From the IMG/VR virus record IMGVR_UViG_3300037091_000060, positions 1 to 64,000 of that record: DNA of 64,000 nucleotides; one strand, 5' to 3'. This document shows, piece after piece, positions 8,559-17,995 of this stretch. Position numbers and translations under genes: made by a program. The notes under the pieces were generated by a model. That model searched no databases. It saw only the letters and a program-made list of their open reading frames with translations, and had not been told where the DNA came from. This stretch comes from a virus. Within the stretch, counting starts at the first letter, position 1, and each line of letters opens with the position of its first letter.

Positions 8559-8578
8559 CCGTACCTATGAGGAGCTAA

Positions 8579-9271
8579 ATGACCACACCAACAGAAATAC
8601 AGAGCATCGAAACCAAGGCTGGCGTTTGGATAACCGCACACCACGCCGTGCTCTACATTCTTCTAGGCATCGCCCTGCTCGCTGGCGTTTATATCTTTGA
8701 ATCCAAGTACGCGGACATCGCGACCGCGAAGGCCAACGCGGCAGAGCAGGCCTTGGCCGTCGAGAAGGACCACAGCACACAGCTTGCGAATCTTTACGCG
8801 GCTAATCAGGCGCAGCGCGACAAGGATAACGCGGCCTTCTTGCTATCTATTTCTCAAACACAGGCACAAACAAGGGTTCAGATCATTCACGACAAGGCGT
8901 TGCCCGCTCCGGATTTAGGGCACCGCATCGAGACGATAACAGGATTCAAGCAGGGTACTATAATGCTCGATGCCTCTCAAGATTTAATCGTGCCGCTGCC
9001 GCTGGCCGTCGACATAGTCACCAGATTAGATCAGGGTATGGCGGACGCGCAAACAGTTGTGCAGCAAGCGGGTATAATTAAAAACCAAGCCGGGACAATC
9101 GCCGACCAGACCGCGATAATCGCAGAGGATAAGAAAGTTTTGACGGCGCAAATCGACACTGACGACAAGGTGTTGAAGGCAGAGAAGGCCAAGAATCGAA
9201 AGAGCAAATTCAAATGGGCAATCGGCATGTACGTTGCCGGATTCCTTACAAGGGAGTTCATCAAACCATGA
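8579..9271 (+). CDS. Membrane-anchored coiled-coil protein (spanin-like)
   Basis: N-terminal TM, long Ala/Gln coiled coil, hydrophobic C-terminus. Confidence 0.5.
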   Translation: MTTPTEIQSIETKAGVWITAHHAVLYILLGIALLAGVYIFESKYADIATAKANAAEQALAVEKDHSTQLANLYAANQAQRDKDNAAFLLSISQTQAQTRVQIIHDKALPAPDLGHRIETITGFKQGTIMLDASQDLIVPLPLAVDIVTRLDQGMADAQTVVQQAGIIKNQAGTIADQTAIIAEDKKVLTAQIDTDDKVLKAEKAKNRKSKFKWAIGMYVAGFLTREFIKP

Positions 9272-10878
9272 ACGTATCAAAGGCAGAGCGTGTCTCACCT
9301 GAACTCGTAGAAGCTGAGTACGAAGCGAACGGCGGCAACATCCGCGCGACGGCGGCAGCTTTAGGCATCGAGCGTTCGACCGTGCGCGCCAAGCTGGCCC
9401 TCTTAGGTAAGAAGGATAAGCCGTTGGCCGCTGGCTCCGAAGAGGGAACGAAGACCGTCAAATTAAAGTTGCCAGCGAAAGGTAAGGTCTCGCGCTACAT
9501 CCTGACGTCCGCGCAGAACAACACGTACGTTCACGAATCCGCGTGGGAAAATCTCATGTCACTCGCAGACCATTACGACGCGGAGGTCATTGTCGGGACC
9601 TTCACGTACAACCAGAACGCGTACGGTAAGTTGAGTGTGAAGCGCGGCAAGGACAAGAGCACGCAACAGACATTGTGGTATGACCCGAAATTGACGGACT
9701 ACATCCGCGATGAGCGCGTTGAACTCGCGAACGGTCTCGTGTGGTGCGGAGAAATGAACATCCTGCCGACCGCCGTGAATCCTTTGGCTGGGTTGGACAG
9801 CTACACACAACGCAAGTCTGCAATCTTTCCCCACGCGAAGTTGGCGGCGCGCAGCATCGCAACGATGCAAGGTGAAGGCGTCAAACTGAATTACACCACC
9901 GGAACGGTGACGCAGCGCAACTACATTCAGAAACGCGAGGGTGTGATCGCCGAGTTTCATCACGTCTACGGCGGCCTGCTCGTCGAAGTTAACAGCGATG
10001 GTAATTGGTGGGTGCGCCAGTTGAACCAAGACGGAGAACAGGGAGCGATTCAGGACCTAGGCGTCGTAGTTAAGGACGGCAAGGTCACCACTGGCAACCG
10101 CGTCGAGGCCATCACCTTCGGCGACCTGCACGGCACGTTCGCTGACCCGGTTGTCGTCAAGGCGTCGCTCGATATGCTCGACACGTTGCAGCCGAGGTAT
10201 CAATTCCTTCATGATGTGATGGAAGGTGTCAGCATCAATCCCCACGTTCGCAAGCACAACGATAACCACGCTAAGTTCTCCACATACCTGCGCGGGTACG
10301 GCACACTAAGCGCAGAACTGCGCGACACCGTTGCGCTGCTCGATTCATACACGCGTAAGTTTTCCAGCACGGTCATCGTCGACTCAAACCACGACGACGC
10401 GTGGATTCAGAAGTGGCTGCGTGAGTACGACTACCGGAAGGACCCGGCGAACGCTGAACTATTCTTGGATTTACAAGCGTTCATGTACATCGAACTCCGC
10501 AAAGGTAAGATGCCTCGCGACATCAGCGTGATCGAAGAGGCTATGAGTAAAATAGGTTATAAGAAGGCTAAGTTCCTCCGCGCCGACGAGTCGTTCCTTA
10601 TTTGTGGGCGCAAGATCGAATGCGGGATGCACGGGCACCTCGGGCCGGGTGGCCGCCGTGGCAGTCCAGACAACCTTAGCAAGATGGGCCGTAGAGCGAA
10701 CACGGCACACACGCATAGCACGGGCATCTACAACGGCCTCTACGTGGCCGGAACCAGCAGCAAACTGCGCTGGGACTACAACCGTGGACCGAGTTCGTGG
10801 ACAAACACCCACATTGTAACTTACCCGAATGGCAAAAGAACTTTGGTCACAATATATAATGGGAAATGGAGTGCTTAA
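9268..10878 (+). CDS. HTH + calcineurin-like metallophosphoesterase, T5 A1-like nuclease
   Basis: YILTSAQNNT, GDLH, LHD, SNHD, MHGH, AHTH, YN.GPSSW motifs; ~536 aa. Confidence 0.65.
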   Translation: MNVSKAERVSPELVEAEYEANGGNIRATAAALGIERSTVRAKLALLGKKDKPLAAGSEEGTKTVKLKLPAKGKVSRYILTSAQNNTYVHESAWENLMSLADHYDAEVIVGTFTYNQNAYGKLSVKRGKDKSTQQTLWYDPKLTDYIRDERVELANGLVWCGEMNILPTAVNPLAGLDSYTQRKSAIFPHAKLAARSIATMQGEGVKLNYTTGTVTQRNYIQKREGVIAEFHHVYGGLLVEVNSDGNWWVRQLNQDGEQGAIQDLGVVVKDGKVTTGNRVEAITFGDLHGTFADPVVVKASLDMLDTLQPRYQFLHDVMEGVSINPHVRKHNDNHAKFSTYLRGYGTLSAELRDTVALLDSYTRKFSSTVIVDSNHDDAWIQKWLREYDYRKDPANAELFLDLQAFMYIELRKGKMPRDISVIEEAMSKIGYKKAKFLRADESFLICGRKIECGMHGHLGPGGRRGSPDNLSKMGRRANTAHTHSTGIYNGLYVAGTSSKLRWDYNRGPSSWTNTHIVTYPNGKRTLVTIYNGKWSA

Positions 10879-11154
10879 ATGTCTACCTTTGCAATTAGTT
10901 ATGCGAATGCAACGACGGGCACGAAGAGTTACGCTACTAACAGTCTATCGTATAGCAAGATACTGAGGCCGGGAGACCACATTTTACAGGTTAACAAAGA
11001 AGGTCTTGTGGACCACGAGGCGGTCTTAGCAGAGACAAATACACATCTCTCCGGCACGCTGTTTTTGGTGTTCGAGGCGGTCTACCCGGTAGTGCCATAC
11101 CCGCCCCCTGTTCGCATGTGTTTTCCTATTAATCAGGTCGAAGAAAAGGCTTGA
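10879..11154 (+). CDS. Hypothetical protein
   Basis: GGAG SD, abuts upstream stop. Confidence 0.55.
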   Translation: MSTFAISYANATTGTKSYATNSLSYSKILRPGDHILQVNKEGLVDHEAVLAETNTHLSGTLFLVFEAVYPVVPYPPPVRMCFPINQVEEKA

Positions 11155-11179
11155 CAACCGACCGCGATTCTGGTACACT
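11151..11179 (+). promoter_or_regulatory. Sigma70-type promoter
   Basis: TTGACA-17-TACACT with TG. Confidence 0.8.
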
Positions 11180-11210
11180 AGGGTACAGTTAAAAGAAAGG
11201 TTTGGTTTCG

Positions 11211-12164
11211 ATGTCCATCAACGAACGGTACATCTGGTTAAGGCAACTGATGCCAAGGGCAGCGAGTCAGATTTTACACACATTCGCTAATCTGATTTTA
11301 CACCCCATCACAGTCGTTGTGACGACATGCTCAAAGTCAGAGGACGGGGAGATAAAACGCAGGCAATGTCGTAAAATGTATGCTACACCGTTTTTTAAGT
11401 TGGTTTTTGTTTACGCGTCCAACGACACCGTTAGCGATGTATCTGAGGCTGAGACATTACGATACCCGAGCAATCTAGCCGGGGACTTGTTCAAGATTCG
11501 TAAACACCTTGAGGAAGTCTGTTTTATACCCAGGGGGTTTTTGATAATAAGCGACGACGACCCCGGAAGCAGTTTTGGGGGCGGGGAATATAAACCAAAT
11601 CTTCCCCGAGCAGTTATACCGGACTTAGTGTCTATAAGCAAGTGCGGTGCCAAGAGGAATAAAGTCTCCGCCGAACAGTTAGCTTTACTCTGGCACATAG
11701 TTTTCTATTTAGGTGATAAGAACGGGGTCGCCTACGCGGGCTTGAACGGGAGTGAGCAACAGATAGCCGCAGAACCGGGCTATGAGACGACAGGGGGCTG
11801 TCCTAACAGGAGTCACGGGAGTCACGGCTTTCATCCGGTAAAGATAGGCGTAGCGATTACTGGGGCAGTAGGAGTTTTACAGCCGATGCGCAAATTGGTT
11901 CCTAAAGAACTTCGAAAAATGAAACAGGAACACGCGACGGCCTGCGCTGTAGCGATTTCAGAAGGGCCGGGCACGCTGATGCTGATGCCAGTATATGCAA
12001 CTTTTGCGGTGAAACCACCGAGAGACCCGCAAGCGGACATCACTACTTTGGCCCGCTTATACCCTGAGATTGTTGGCCCCGGCAACACGCACGGAGGCCT
12101 ATCTAACGATGAGAAAAAGGGATGCATCATACACTTTTTAACAGCGAAGCGTCTAGTTATATAG
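11211..12164 (+). CDS. Unknown 317-aa protein heading the TAGT cassette
   Basis: Only long ORF here; promoter and AAGG SD upstream; stop overlaps SD of next gene; no family recognised. Confidence 0.6.
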   Translation: MSINERYIWLRQLMPRAASQILHTFANLILHPITVVVTTCSKSEDGEIKRRQCRKMYATPFFKLVFVYASNDTVSDVSEAETLRYPSNLAGDLFKIRKHLEEVCFIPRGFLIISDDDPGSSFGGGEYKPNLPRAVIPDLVSISKCGAKRNKVSAEQLALLWHIVFYLGDKNGVAYAGLNGSEQQIAAEPGYETTGGCPNRSHGSHGFHPVKIGVAITGAVGVLQPMRKLVPKELRKMKQEHATACAVAISEGPGTLMLMPVYATFAVKPPRDPQADITTLARLYPEIVGPGNTHGGLSNDEKKGCIIHFLTAKRLVI

Positions 12165-12172
12165 GAGCAACA

Positions 12173-12436
12173 TTGAGTACTGAAAACAAAAGAGCGGACT
12201 CGTTTGCGGTCGCGAGCGAGCACTGGAAGAACATGCCGGAGTATGTCTCCGAGGACCTCACGCCGTATCGGACTTTACCCGTGCACTTCGCTACAGAGGC
12301 AGATATGTTGGCCTTCTCTGCTTTAGTTGGTCAAAAGATCACCAAGATAACGAAGAGCATCTGGTACCCAGAGGCAGAGATCGGTCGCACCGCTGATAAA
12401 AAGTATGTTGACGAAGATACGTCAGAGGGCTTTTAG
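12173..12436 (+). CDS. Small protein of the type found next to TAGT genes
   Basis: W..MPEY..VHF..F..LVGQKIT..TKSIWYP. Confidence 0.7.
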   Translation: MSTENKRADSFAVASEHWKNMPEYVSEDLTPYRTLPVHFATEADMLAFSALVGQKITKITKSIWYPEAEIGRTADKKYVDEDTSEGF

Positions 12437-13302
12437 TGAATCCTACGTACCCAGTGTACATCATATCGAAAGGCCGATGGAAGCAAAGGCACACGGTCAA
12501 GGCCTTAGAGAAGATGGGTGTGCCTCATAAATTAGTTATCGAACCGCAGGAGTTTGATGATTACGCAGCGGTTGTGAGCAGGGATAATATTTTAGTGTTG
12601 CCATTCAGCAACTTAGGACAAGGCTCCATCCCGGCGAGGAATTGGGTCTGGCAGCACGCCGTAGGTAGCGGGACAACGCGACACTGGATTTTAGACGACA
12701 ACATTGCAGGATTTTATCGGTTGAACCACAACTTAAAAGTGCGCACGTTAACTGGTTCTATTTTTCGAGCAGCAGAGGACTTCGTTGATCGATATGAGAA
12801 CGTAGCGTTGTCTGGGTTTCATTATAAAATGTTCGCGAAACGAAAAGATTATTTGCCTGCTTTTTATATGAACACCCGAATTTATTCATGCATCTTAATC
12901 AAAAATGATTTACCCTACCGCTGGCGCGGGCGTTACAACGAGGACACAGATTTATCGCTAAGAGCGCTTAAAGATGGTTGGTGTACAGTTTTGTTCGCCG
13001 CATTTTTAGCCGAGAAGTTGACAACGATGACAATGAGCGGCGGGAACACTGACGAGCTATATAAAGATGATGGTCGATTGAAGATGGCAGAGTCCCTCGT
13101 CGAGCAGCACCCTGACGTAGCGACTGTGTCTTGGAAGTTTAATCGGTACCAGCACCATGTAGATTACCGCCCCTTCGGAAAGAACGAGTTGAAACTTAAA
13201 CCCGGTGTTGTTGTGCCTGATGTTGTGAATAATTTCGGGATGAAGCTAGAAATAGACGGGAGTAAATTTTCCGAAAATGAGAAAATTATTATATCTCATT
13301 GA
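12436..13302 (+). CDS. TET-associated (GREB1-like) glycosyltransferase, putative DNA base glycosylation
   Basis: YIISKGR, ARNW, WILDDNI, IYSCILI, WRGRYNEDTDLSLR, GGNT, HHVDY. Confidence 0.8.
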   Translation: MNPTYPVYIISKGRWKQRHTVKALEKMGVPHKLVIEPQEFDDYAAVVSRDNILVLPFSNLGQGSIPARNWVWQHAVGSGTTRHWILDDNIAGFYRLNHNLKVRTLTGSIFRAAEDFVDRYENVALSGFHYKMFAKRKDYLPAFYMNTRIYSCILIKNDLPYRWRGRYNEDTDLSLRALKDGWCTVLFAAFLAEKLTTMTMSGGNTDELYKDDGRLKMAESLVEQHPDVATVSWKFNRYQHHVDYRPFGKNELKLKPGVVVPDVVNNFGMKLEIDGSKFSENEKIIISH

Positions 13303-13441
13303 AGGCGGCGCACTCTCGTGGAGAGTAAGACTGACAGCAAGTTGCGTTTTAGCAAAGATCATAAATATGCAAGAGCCGTGCACTGATTTGTCGCGGCGAT
13401 TAATAGAGATAAGAGAAGAATTAATCTCAGGGAGCAACTAA

Positions 13442-13869
13442 ATGACCGAACCCCGCAAACCGAAGCGCGACATGAAACCGAAGCACGTCATCTACATCAA
13501 CACCTCGCTGGCGTGCAGCCGCTGCCCGGTCGAGTGGTTCGTAGTCGACCTGAATCCCGAACTCAAGGCCGTTAAGTGCCCGCGCTGCGGCGAGTACAAC
13601 GACATCCGCGAAGCAATCAAGAGGGCCGCATGAGCGAGATGGCTAAAGCACTCCCACTGATGATTCAACTTATGAACAACCCGTCGTTCGTCAAGCACGC
13701 GAGCGAGGCCGGGTACGAGTTTGACGCGAACGCTATTTTTCGCGCGTGGGCGAACACGGTAGTGTACACGCCTGACGTTCCCATAAGGACCACCGGGATG
13801 CGCAAGCGTAAACCACGTTTGACGGCATCCGACTTCGTGATGCTTCGAGAAATGGGGATAAAATTATGA
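13442..13869 (+). CDS. Zinc-ribbon protein (13442-13633) and hypothetical protein (13630-13869)
   Basis: CSRC..CPRCG; ATGA coupling. Confidence 0.65.
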
Positions 13870-14564
13870 GCCAACTAATTCTAGGCATCGGAAACAAGGC
13901 GCGCCACGGCAAGGACTCGTTCGCGAAGGCTATCGAACTGTACTATGGCAAGATCAACGCGACCGCGCTGAAACATAGCATGAGTCTGAAGCCAATTATT
14001 GTGCAGCAACATGCGTTCGCCGACGCACTGTACAAGGAAGTCAATGCTCAGTTGAAGCACGGCGACTCCATCTGGAAGACCAGATGCGTATACGCGGGCA
14101 ATGATGATGGTTTCACGTTCAGTTATGCAGAACTTCCTGAGTGGGTGCAGCCGGACCCCAACCCTGAAGTCAGCGAGCGTTCGCCATACGGTAAGCACCC
14201 GAAGCTGTTGCAATGGTGGGGCACCGAGTTCCGCCGCGCGCGAGACCCGAACTACTGGGTGGACAAGTTTGTGGCCGGGATTAATCCGAAGGCCGACATC
14301 GTGATCGCTACCGATATGCGCTTCTTGAATGAAGCCGACATGATTAAAAAGCTAGGCGGGTACACCGTGCAAGTGAATCGGTTGAACGCGGACGGTACGC
14401 CGTTCGTCGACACCGCACGGCCAGCGAATCACGTGAGCGAGATTCAGTTGGACGGCTACAACTACGATTACAAGATCACCGTGAAAACGGGAGACCTCCC
14501 GCTGCTAGAAGAGTGGGCGATCACACTCGTGAGTTTTCTTCGAGGCTGGAAAGGAAAGCGATGA
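13866..14564 (+). CDS. Deoxynucleoside monophosphate kinase
   Basis: GIGNKARHGKDS P-loop, LLQWWGTEFRR, TDMRFLNEA, HVSE. Confidence 0.9.
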   Translation: MSQLILGIGNKARHGKDSFAKAIELYYGKINATALKHSMSLKPIIVQQHAFADALYKEVNAQLKHGDSIWKTRCVYAGNDDGFTFSYAELPEWVQPDPNPEVSERSPYGKHPKLLQWWGTEFRRARDPNYWVDKFVAGINPKADIVIATDMRFLNEADMIKKLGGYTVQVNRLNADGTPFVDTARPANHVSEIQLDGYNYDYKITVKTGDLPLLEEWAITLVSFLRGWKGKR

Positions 14565-15112
14565 GCCAAGCGACGATTGTCACCTCGACTGGATTGTGTT
14601 TCGATATCCTCGAACCCACCTTAGACATGGTGTGCATCGAAGATATCGCGCACTCGCTCAGTCAGGTCAATCGTTTCACCGGGCACGGCAAGTTCCCGTA
14701 CCCAGTGAGTCAGCACTCACGTCTCGGCAGTTACTTGGTGCCGCCGAAGTACGCGCTGCGATTCCTTTTGCACGACGGCAGCGAGGCCTACATAGGCGAC
14801 ATGAACCGACCGCTGAAGCACTTCACCACGGCGGGAGAAGAGTACCGCAAGGTCGAGGCACCGATTCAGTATTTGATTTACCGAAAGTTTGGGTTAGCAC
14901 CAGAGGACCCAGAAATAATCCACGAGATCGACAACCAGATGCTGTATGCTGAGAAGGCTCAAGTCATGCCCGCAACTGAGTGGCGAAACAAGTGGAGCGC
15001 GGACCAAAAGGCCGCTGATGTAAAGATCGTCGAGACATCCTTCCGAGTGAACAAGGCACGTTTCCTCGACAGGTTCTATTACGTTCTAGATCACGGCGGA
15101 CCACAATTATAA
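14561..15112 (+). CDS. HD-domain 5'-deoxynucleotidase-like phosphohydrolase
   Basis: EDIAHSLS..RFTGH..SQHS..LLHDGSEAYIGD. Confidence 0.9.
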   Translation: MSQATIVTSTGLCFDILEPTLDMVCIEDIAHSLSQVNRFTGHGKFPYPVSQHSRLGSYLVPPKYALRFLLHDGSEAYIGDMNRPLKHFTTAGEEYRKVEAPIQYLIYRKFGLAPEDPEIIHEIDNQMLYAEKAQVMPATEWRNKWSADQKAADVKIVETSFRVNKARFLDRFYYVLDHGGPQL

Positions 15113-15123
15113 GGGAGAAAGAA

Positions 15124-15996
15124 ATGCCAATTATAGACACCAACATCAGATCAATACAGTGTGACGGACCAGACTGTGACAAGCACGTGCTCTTCGACCG
15201 TAAGGACGAGAAGACGACGTTTGAACTTCCCGAGAACGTGTGGTTGAGAGCGACACGGGTAACGCAGACCGCTGATGGTCGTAACAAAGTTTATTGCAGC
15301 GATACATGTGAGGTCAAAGGCGTAGGCACGGGCACACACAACATTCCGGAGGCACCGAAGGTAATTCCAGCCGGAAACGCCGCGACTATCATGGCCGCCG
15401 CGCACGCCGCAGCCGCCGCGAAGAACGCCGACGCAGCCATCCGCGCAGGCGAGCCAGCCAAAGTTCAGTTGACCGACTAATGTGCGGGCCGCAGAGGGAT
15501 TTTGAGAAGTTCATGCCCGACGACGAGCCTATCTGCGATCACGACACCGAACCAACTGGTGAGCGCGACGAAGAGGGCCTCAAGATCACGAAGTGCAAAC
15601 ACTGTTCGAAAGAGTTCGTGAAGCTGTACTCCGGAAGAAAACGCGATGCAACAGATAATTAAATTCATCGGCAAAATATCATTCGAAGGGAAAATGAACG
15701 GTTTACCCTCGGAGATTTTCGGCTTCGTCACGCTCCAAGACGCGGACAACAAAACCATCAGCGACGCGATTGCAGGCCAATTCGGACGCTACCGCGAGAT
15801 GGGTGGAATGGTTTCTGAGAAGGACCAAGGCTCGCCCGTTAATCGGCAAGTCACGTGGCTCGGACACATGTACGTGCCGTTCCACTGGATTGTTAACGTT
15901 CAGGTCGCCCTCACTAATCTGACCCAAGAAATAAGTGTGCCTGATGAAGCGGGCGTCGAGCGTTTAGCTGACGGCACCGAACTGGTGAAACAATGA
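15124..15996 (+). CDS. Three hypothetical proteins (15124-15480, 15480-15662, 15646-15996)
   Basis: Coupled ORFs; first two have Cys zinc motifs. Confidence 0.6.
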
Positions 15997-16712
15997 TAGT
16001 GGTAGGCTTAGACATCGAAGCAACGGGTCTCGACAAGGTCAAGGACCGCCCAATAGAAATTGGCGTGACCTTGTGGACCACGAAATATAACCGTGGTCTA
16101 GATACCCGTGCGCTTCTTGTCCAGTCTGACGGCGTTCCTGTCACCGAAGAAATCACTGGCATCACTGGCATCACTCAGGGCATGATCGACAGTTTTGGTT
16201 ACACCCCCGAAGAGGCCTACGACGAGGCGATGTACTTCGTGGAGCGCGCCGATGCTATCGTGGCCTTCAATGGTATCCGCTACGACATCCCGATGATGCA
16301 CCAGTGGGCGAAGCGAATTCAGAAACAGTTTCCCGATAAATTAATCATCGACCCGTCTACAGATTTACCGATGCGCAGTCAAGAACTGATTACGATGTGC
16401 GCCAAGATGGGCATTTACTATGATCCGCACGAAGCGGGCGCGGACGTCGGCGCGATGCTCCGGCTGATGGGCAAGTTCGACTTCAACGGCGTGCTCGCAA
16501 GATCGAAAAGTCCTACGGTCGTGGTGCGGTCAATGCAAGGCCGCAACGAGAACGACAAGGTTAAGAAACACAAGTTTCGTTGGAACCCAGATCGCAAGAT
16601 TTGGTGGAAGGCCGTGAAAGAGATAGACCTTATTGACTTGCAACAAGCGGTCAACAACGAATTCGAGATGCAGGTCCTCGACTTGCAGCCCGAAGATTTA
16701 GAAGATCAGTAG
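15993..16712 (+). CDS. DEDDh 3'-5' exonuclease (DnaQ-like)
   Basis: LDIEATG, ITGIT, AFN..YD, HEAGADV. Confidence 0.9.
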   Translation: MIVVGLDIEATGLDKVKDRPIEIGVTLWTTKYNRGLDTRALLVQSDGVPVTEEITGITGITQGMIDSFGYTPEEAYDEAMYFVERADAIVAFNGIRYDIPMMHQWAKRIQKQFPDKLIIDPSTDLPMRSQELITMCAKMGIYYDPHEAGADVGAMLRLMGKFDFNGVLARSKSPTVVVRSMQGRNENDKVKKHKFRWNPDRKIWWKAVKEIDLIDLQQAVNNEFEMQVLDLQPEDLEDQ

Positions 16713-16758
16713 ACTCAAACTAAACTACGTGGTAACCCCACAAAAGGAAAACCAAATC

Positions 16759-17400
16759 ATGGAAATAAGAACACAAAAGCCGTTTGAAAAACCGGAAGGT
16801 GGTTCATACATTGGTACCATCATCGACGTCACGCCGAAGGAAGTAGCCGATACCGACTACCTCACCCGTTTGCAGAAGGTCGACGGCAACGGTAAGGGCT
16901 TGACGAAGGTTCAAGTCACCTTCACGTGGACGATGGGATTTGCCGACGGCAAGCCTGCCGTTGATTCAGAAGGTCGCGCGTTTCAGGTGTTTGAAACGTA
17001 CGACGCATACCAGAATCCAGCGAAGCCATCGAAGTTGGACAAAGCAATTACGCAGATTTTGAATACTGCCGCTCCACTTCTCTCGAACACCGATCAGTTG
17101 GAACCACTGTTGCTCGGAAGGTCCAATGAGTTGTTCATCACCAAGACCCCAAAGGTCAATAACCCGAACGAGATGACTGTTAAGGTTATTGGTCACTCAC
17201 CGCTGAAGCCCGGGCAGATTGCCCCGGTTGTACCAGTGGGCTTCGTACGCTTCAAGGACCGAGTCAAGACCGTAGCTGGCCCTCAAGGCCGTCCCGTGCA
17301 GACGTACGCGCAGGCTCCCCCGCAGACCCAGCAACAGCCCGCAACCAATAGCGTGTCGTTGAACGCATCCGCACCAGCGGGAACCCCAGAAGCATTCTAA
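16759..17400 (+). CDS. Putative ssDNA-binding protein
   Basis: FEKPEGGSYIGTIIDV beta-rich core, flexible tail ending in F, position in replication module. Confidence 0.5.
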   Translation: MEIRTQKPFEKPEGGSYIGTIIDVTPKEVADTDYLTRLQKVDGNGKGLTKVQVTFTWTMGFADGKPAVDSEGRAFQVFETYDAYQNPAKPSKLDKAITQILNTAAPLLSNTDQLEPLLLGRSNELFITKTPKVNNPNEMTVKVIGHSPLKPGQIAPVVPVGFVRFKDRVKTVAGPQGRPVQTYAQAPPQTQQQPATNSVSLNASAPAGTPEAF

Positions 17401-17434
17401 TCTTCCTCAAACCCGAAAGCCGGGGTAACAAGGC

Positions 17435-17463
17435 TTGACACCACGGAGAGCACGTGGTATACT
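17435..17463 (+). promoter_or_regulatory. Sigma70-type promoter with ACCACG-N7-CGTGGT palindrome in spacer
   Basis: TTGACA-17-TATACT with TG. Confidence 0.8.
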
Positions 17464-17470
17464 TTCGAGG

Positions 17471-17995
17471 ATGACAATGAAAAAGAAAACCCACATAAGA
17501 TGTGAACATGGCAAGATTAAATTTACTTGCAAAAAGTGTGCTCCCGGCTCCTTTTGTGTTCACGGCAAAGCAAATACCCGATGTGCTAAATGCGGCGGCG
17601 GCTCAGTCTGCGCCCATAAAAAGGCGCGTCAACTGTGTCGCGAGTGCAACCCCCTTGGTTGGGCGAGACAGGCGTTATTAAGATTTAGGGGAGATGCCAC
17701 TAAAAAAGGATTTGAACCACCGGACATATCCGCAGAGGGGATAGTAGAATTAGTTAATAAAACTACGACTTGTTGCGGTTGTAAGCAGCCCTTAATTTTT
17801 GATTATAGTCTCCGTCGGCATATGTGGTCTCCCAGTCTCCACCATAGCCATATAACGGGTACGGTGATAGGTTATTCTCACAGTGTCTGTAACACCATCG
17901 AAGGGCAGTTTGCGAAGTTAAGTTTAACGCAGCGCGCTGCTTTGTTAGATAGCTTTTTCCCCGAAACAGTTTCTAGAATCAAGGACCGCTCATGA
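17471..17995 (+). CDS. Zinc-repeat HNH/EndoVII-like endonuclease
   Basis: Three CxH..CxxC repeats; CCGC..LHHSHITG..HSVCN. Confidence 0.7.
   Translation: MTMKKKTHIRCEHGKIKFTCKKCAPGSFCVHGKANTRCAKCGGGSVCAHKKARQLCRECNPLGWARQALLRFRGDATKKGFEPPDISAEGIVELVNKTTTCCGCKQPLIFDYSLRRHMWSPSLHHSHITGTVIGYSHSVCNTIEGQFAKLSLTQRAALLDSFFPETVSRIKDRS

Noticed and set aside
11411-12223. Minus-strand ORFs as the true genes of this segment
   Set aside because: Short and interrupted; the + ORF has promoter, SD and coupling to the next gene
13866-15112. Z-base (diaminopurine) genome pathway
   Set aside because: An HD hydrolase is present but no PurZ or MazZ-like gene is recognisable
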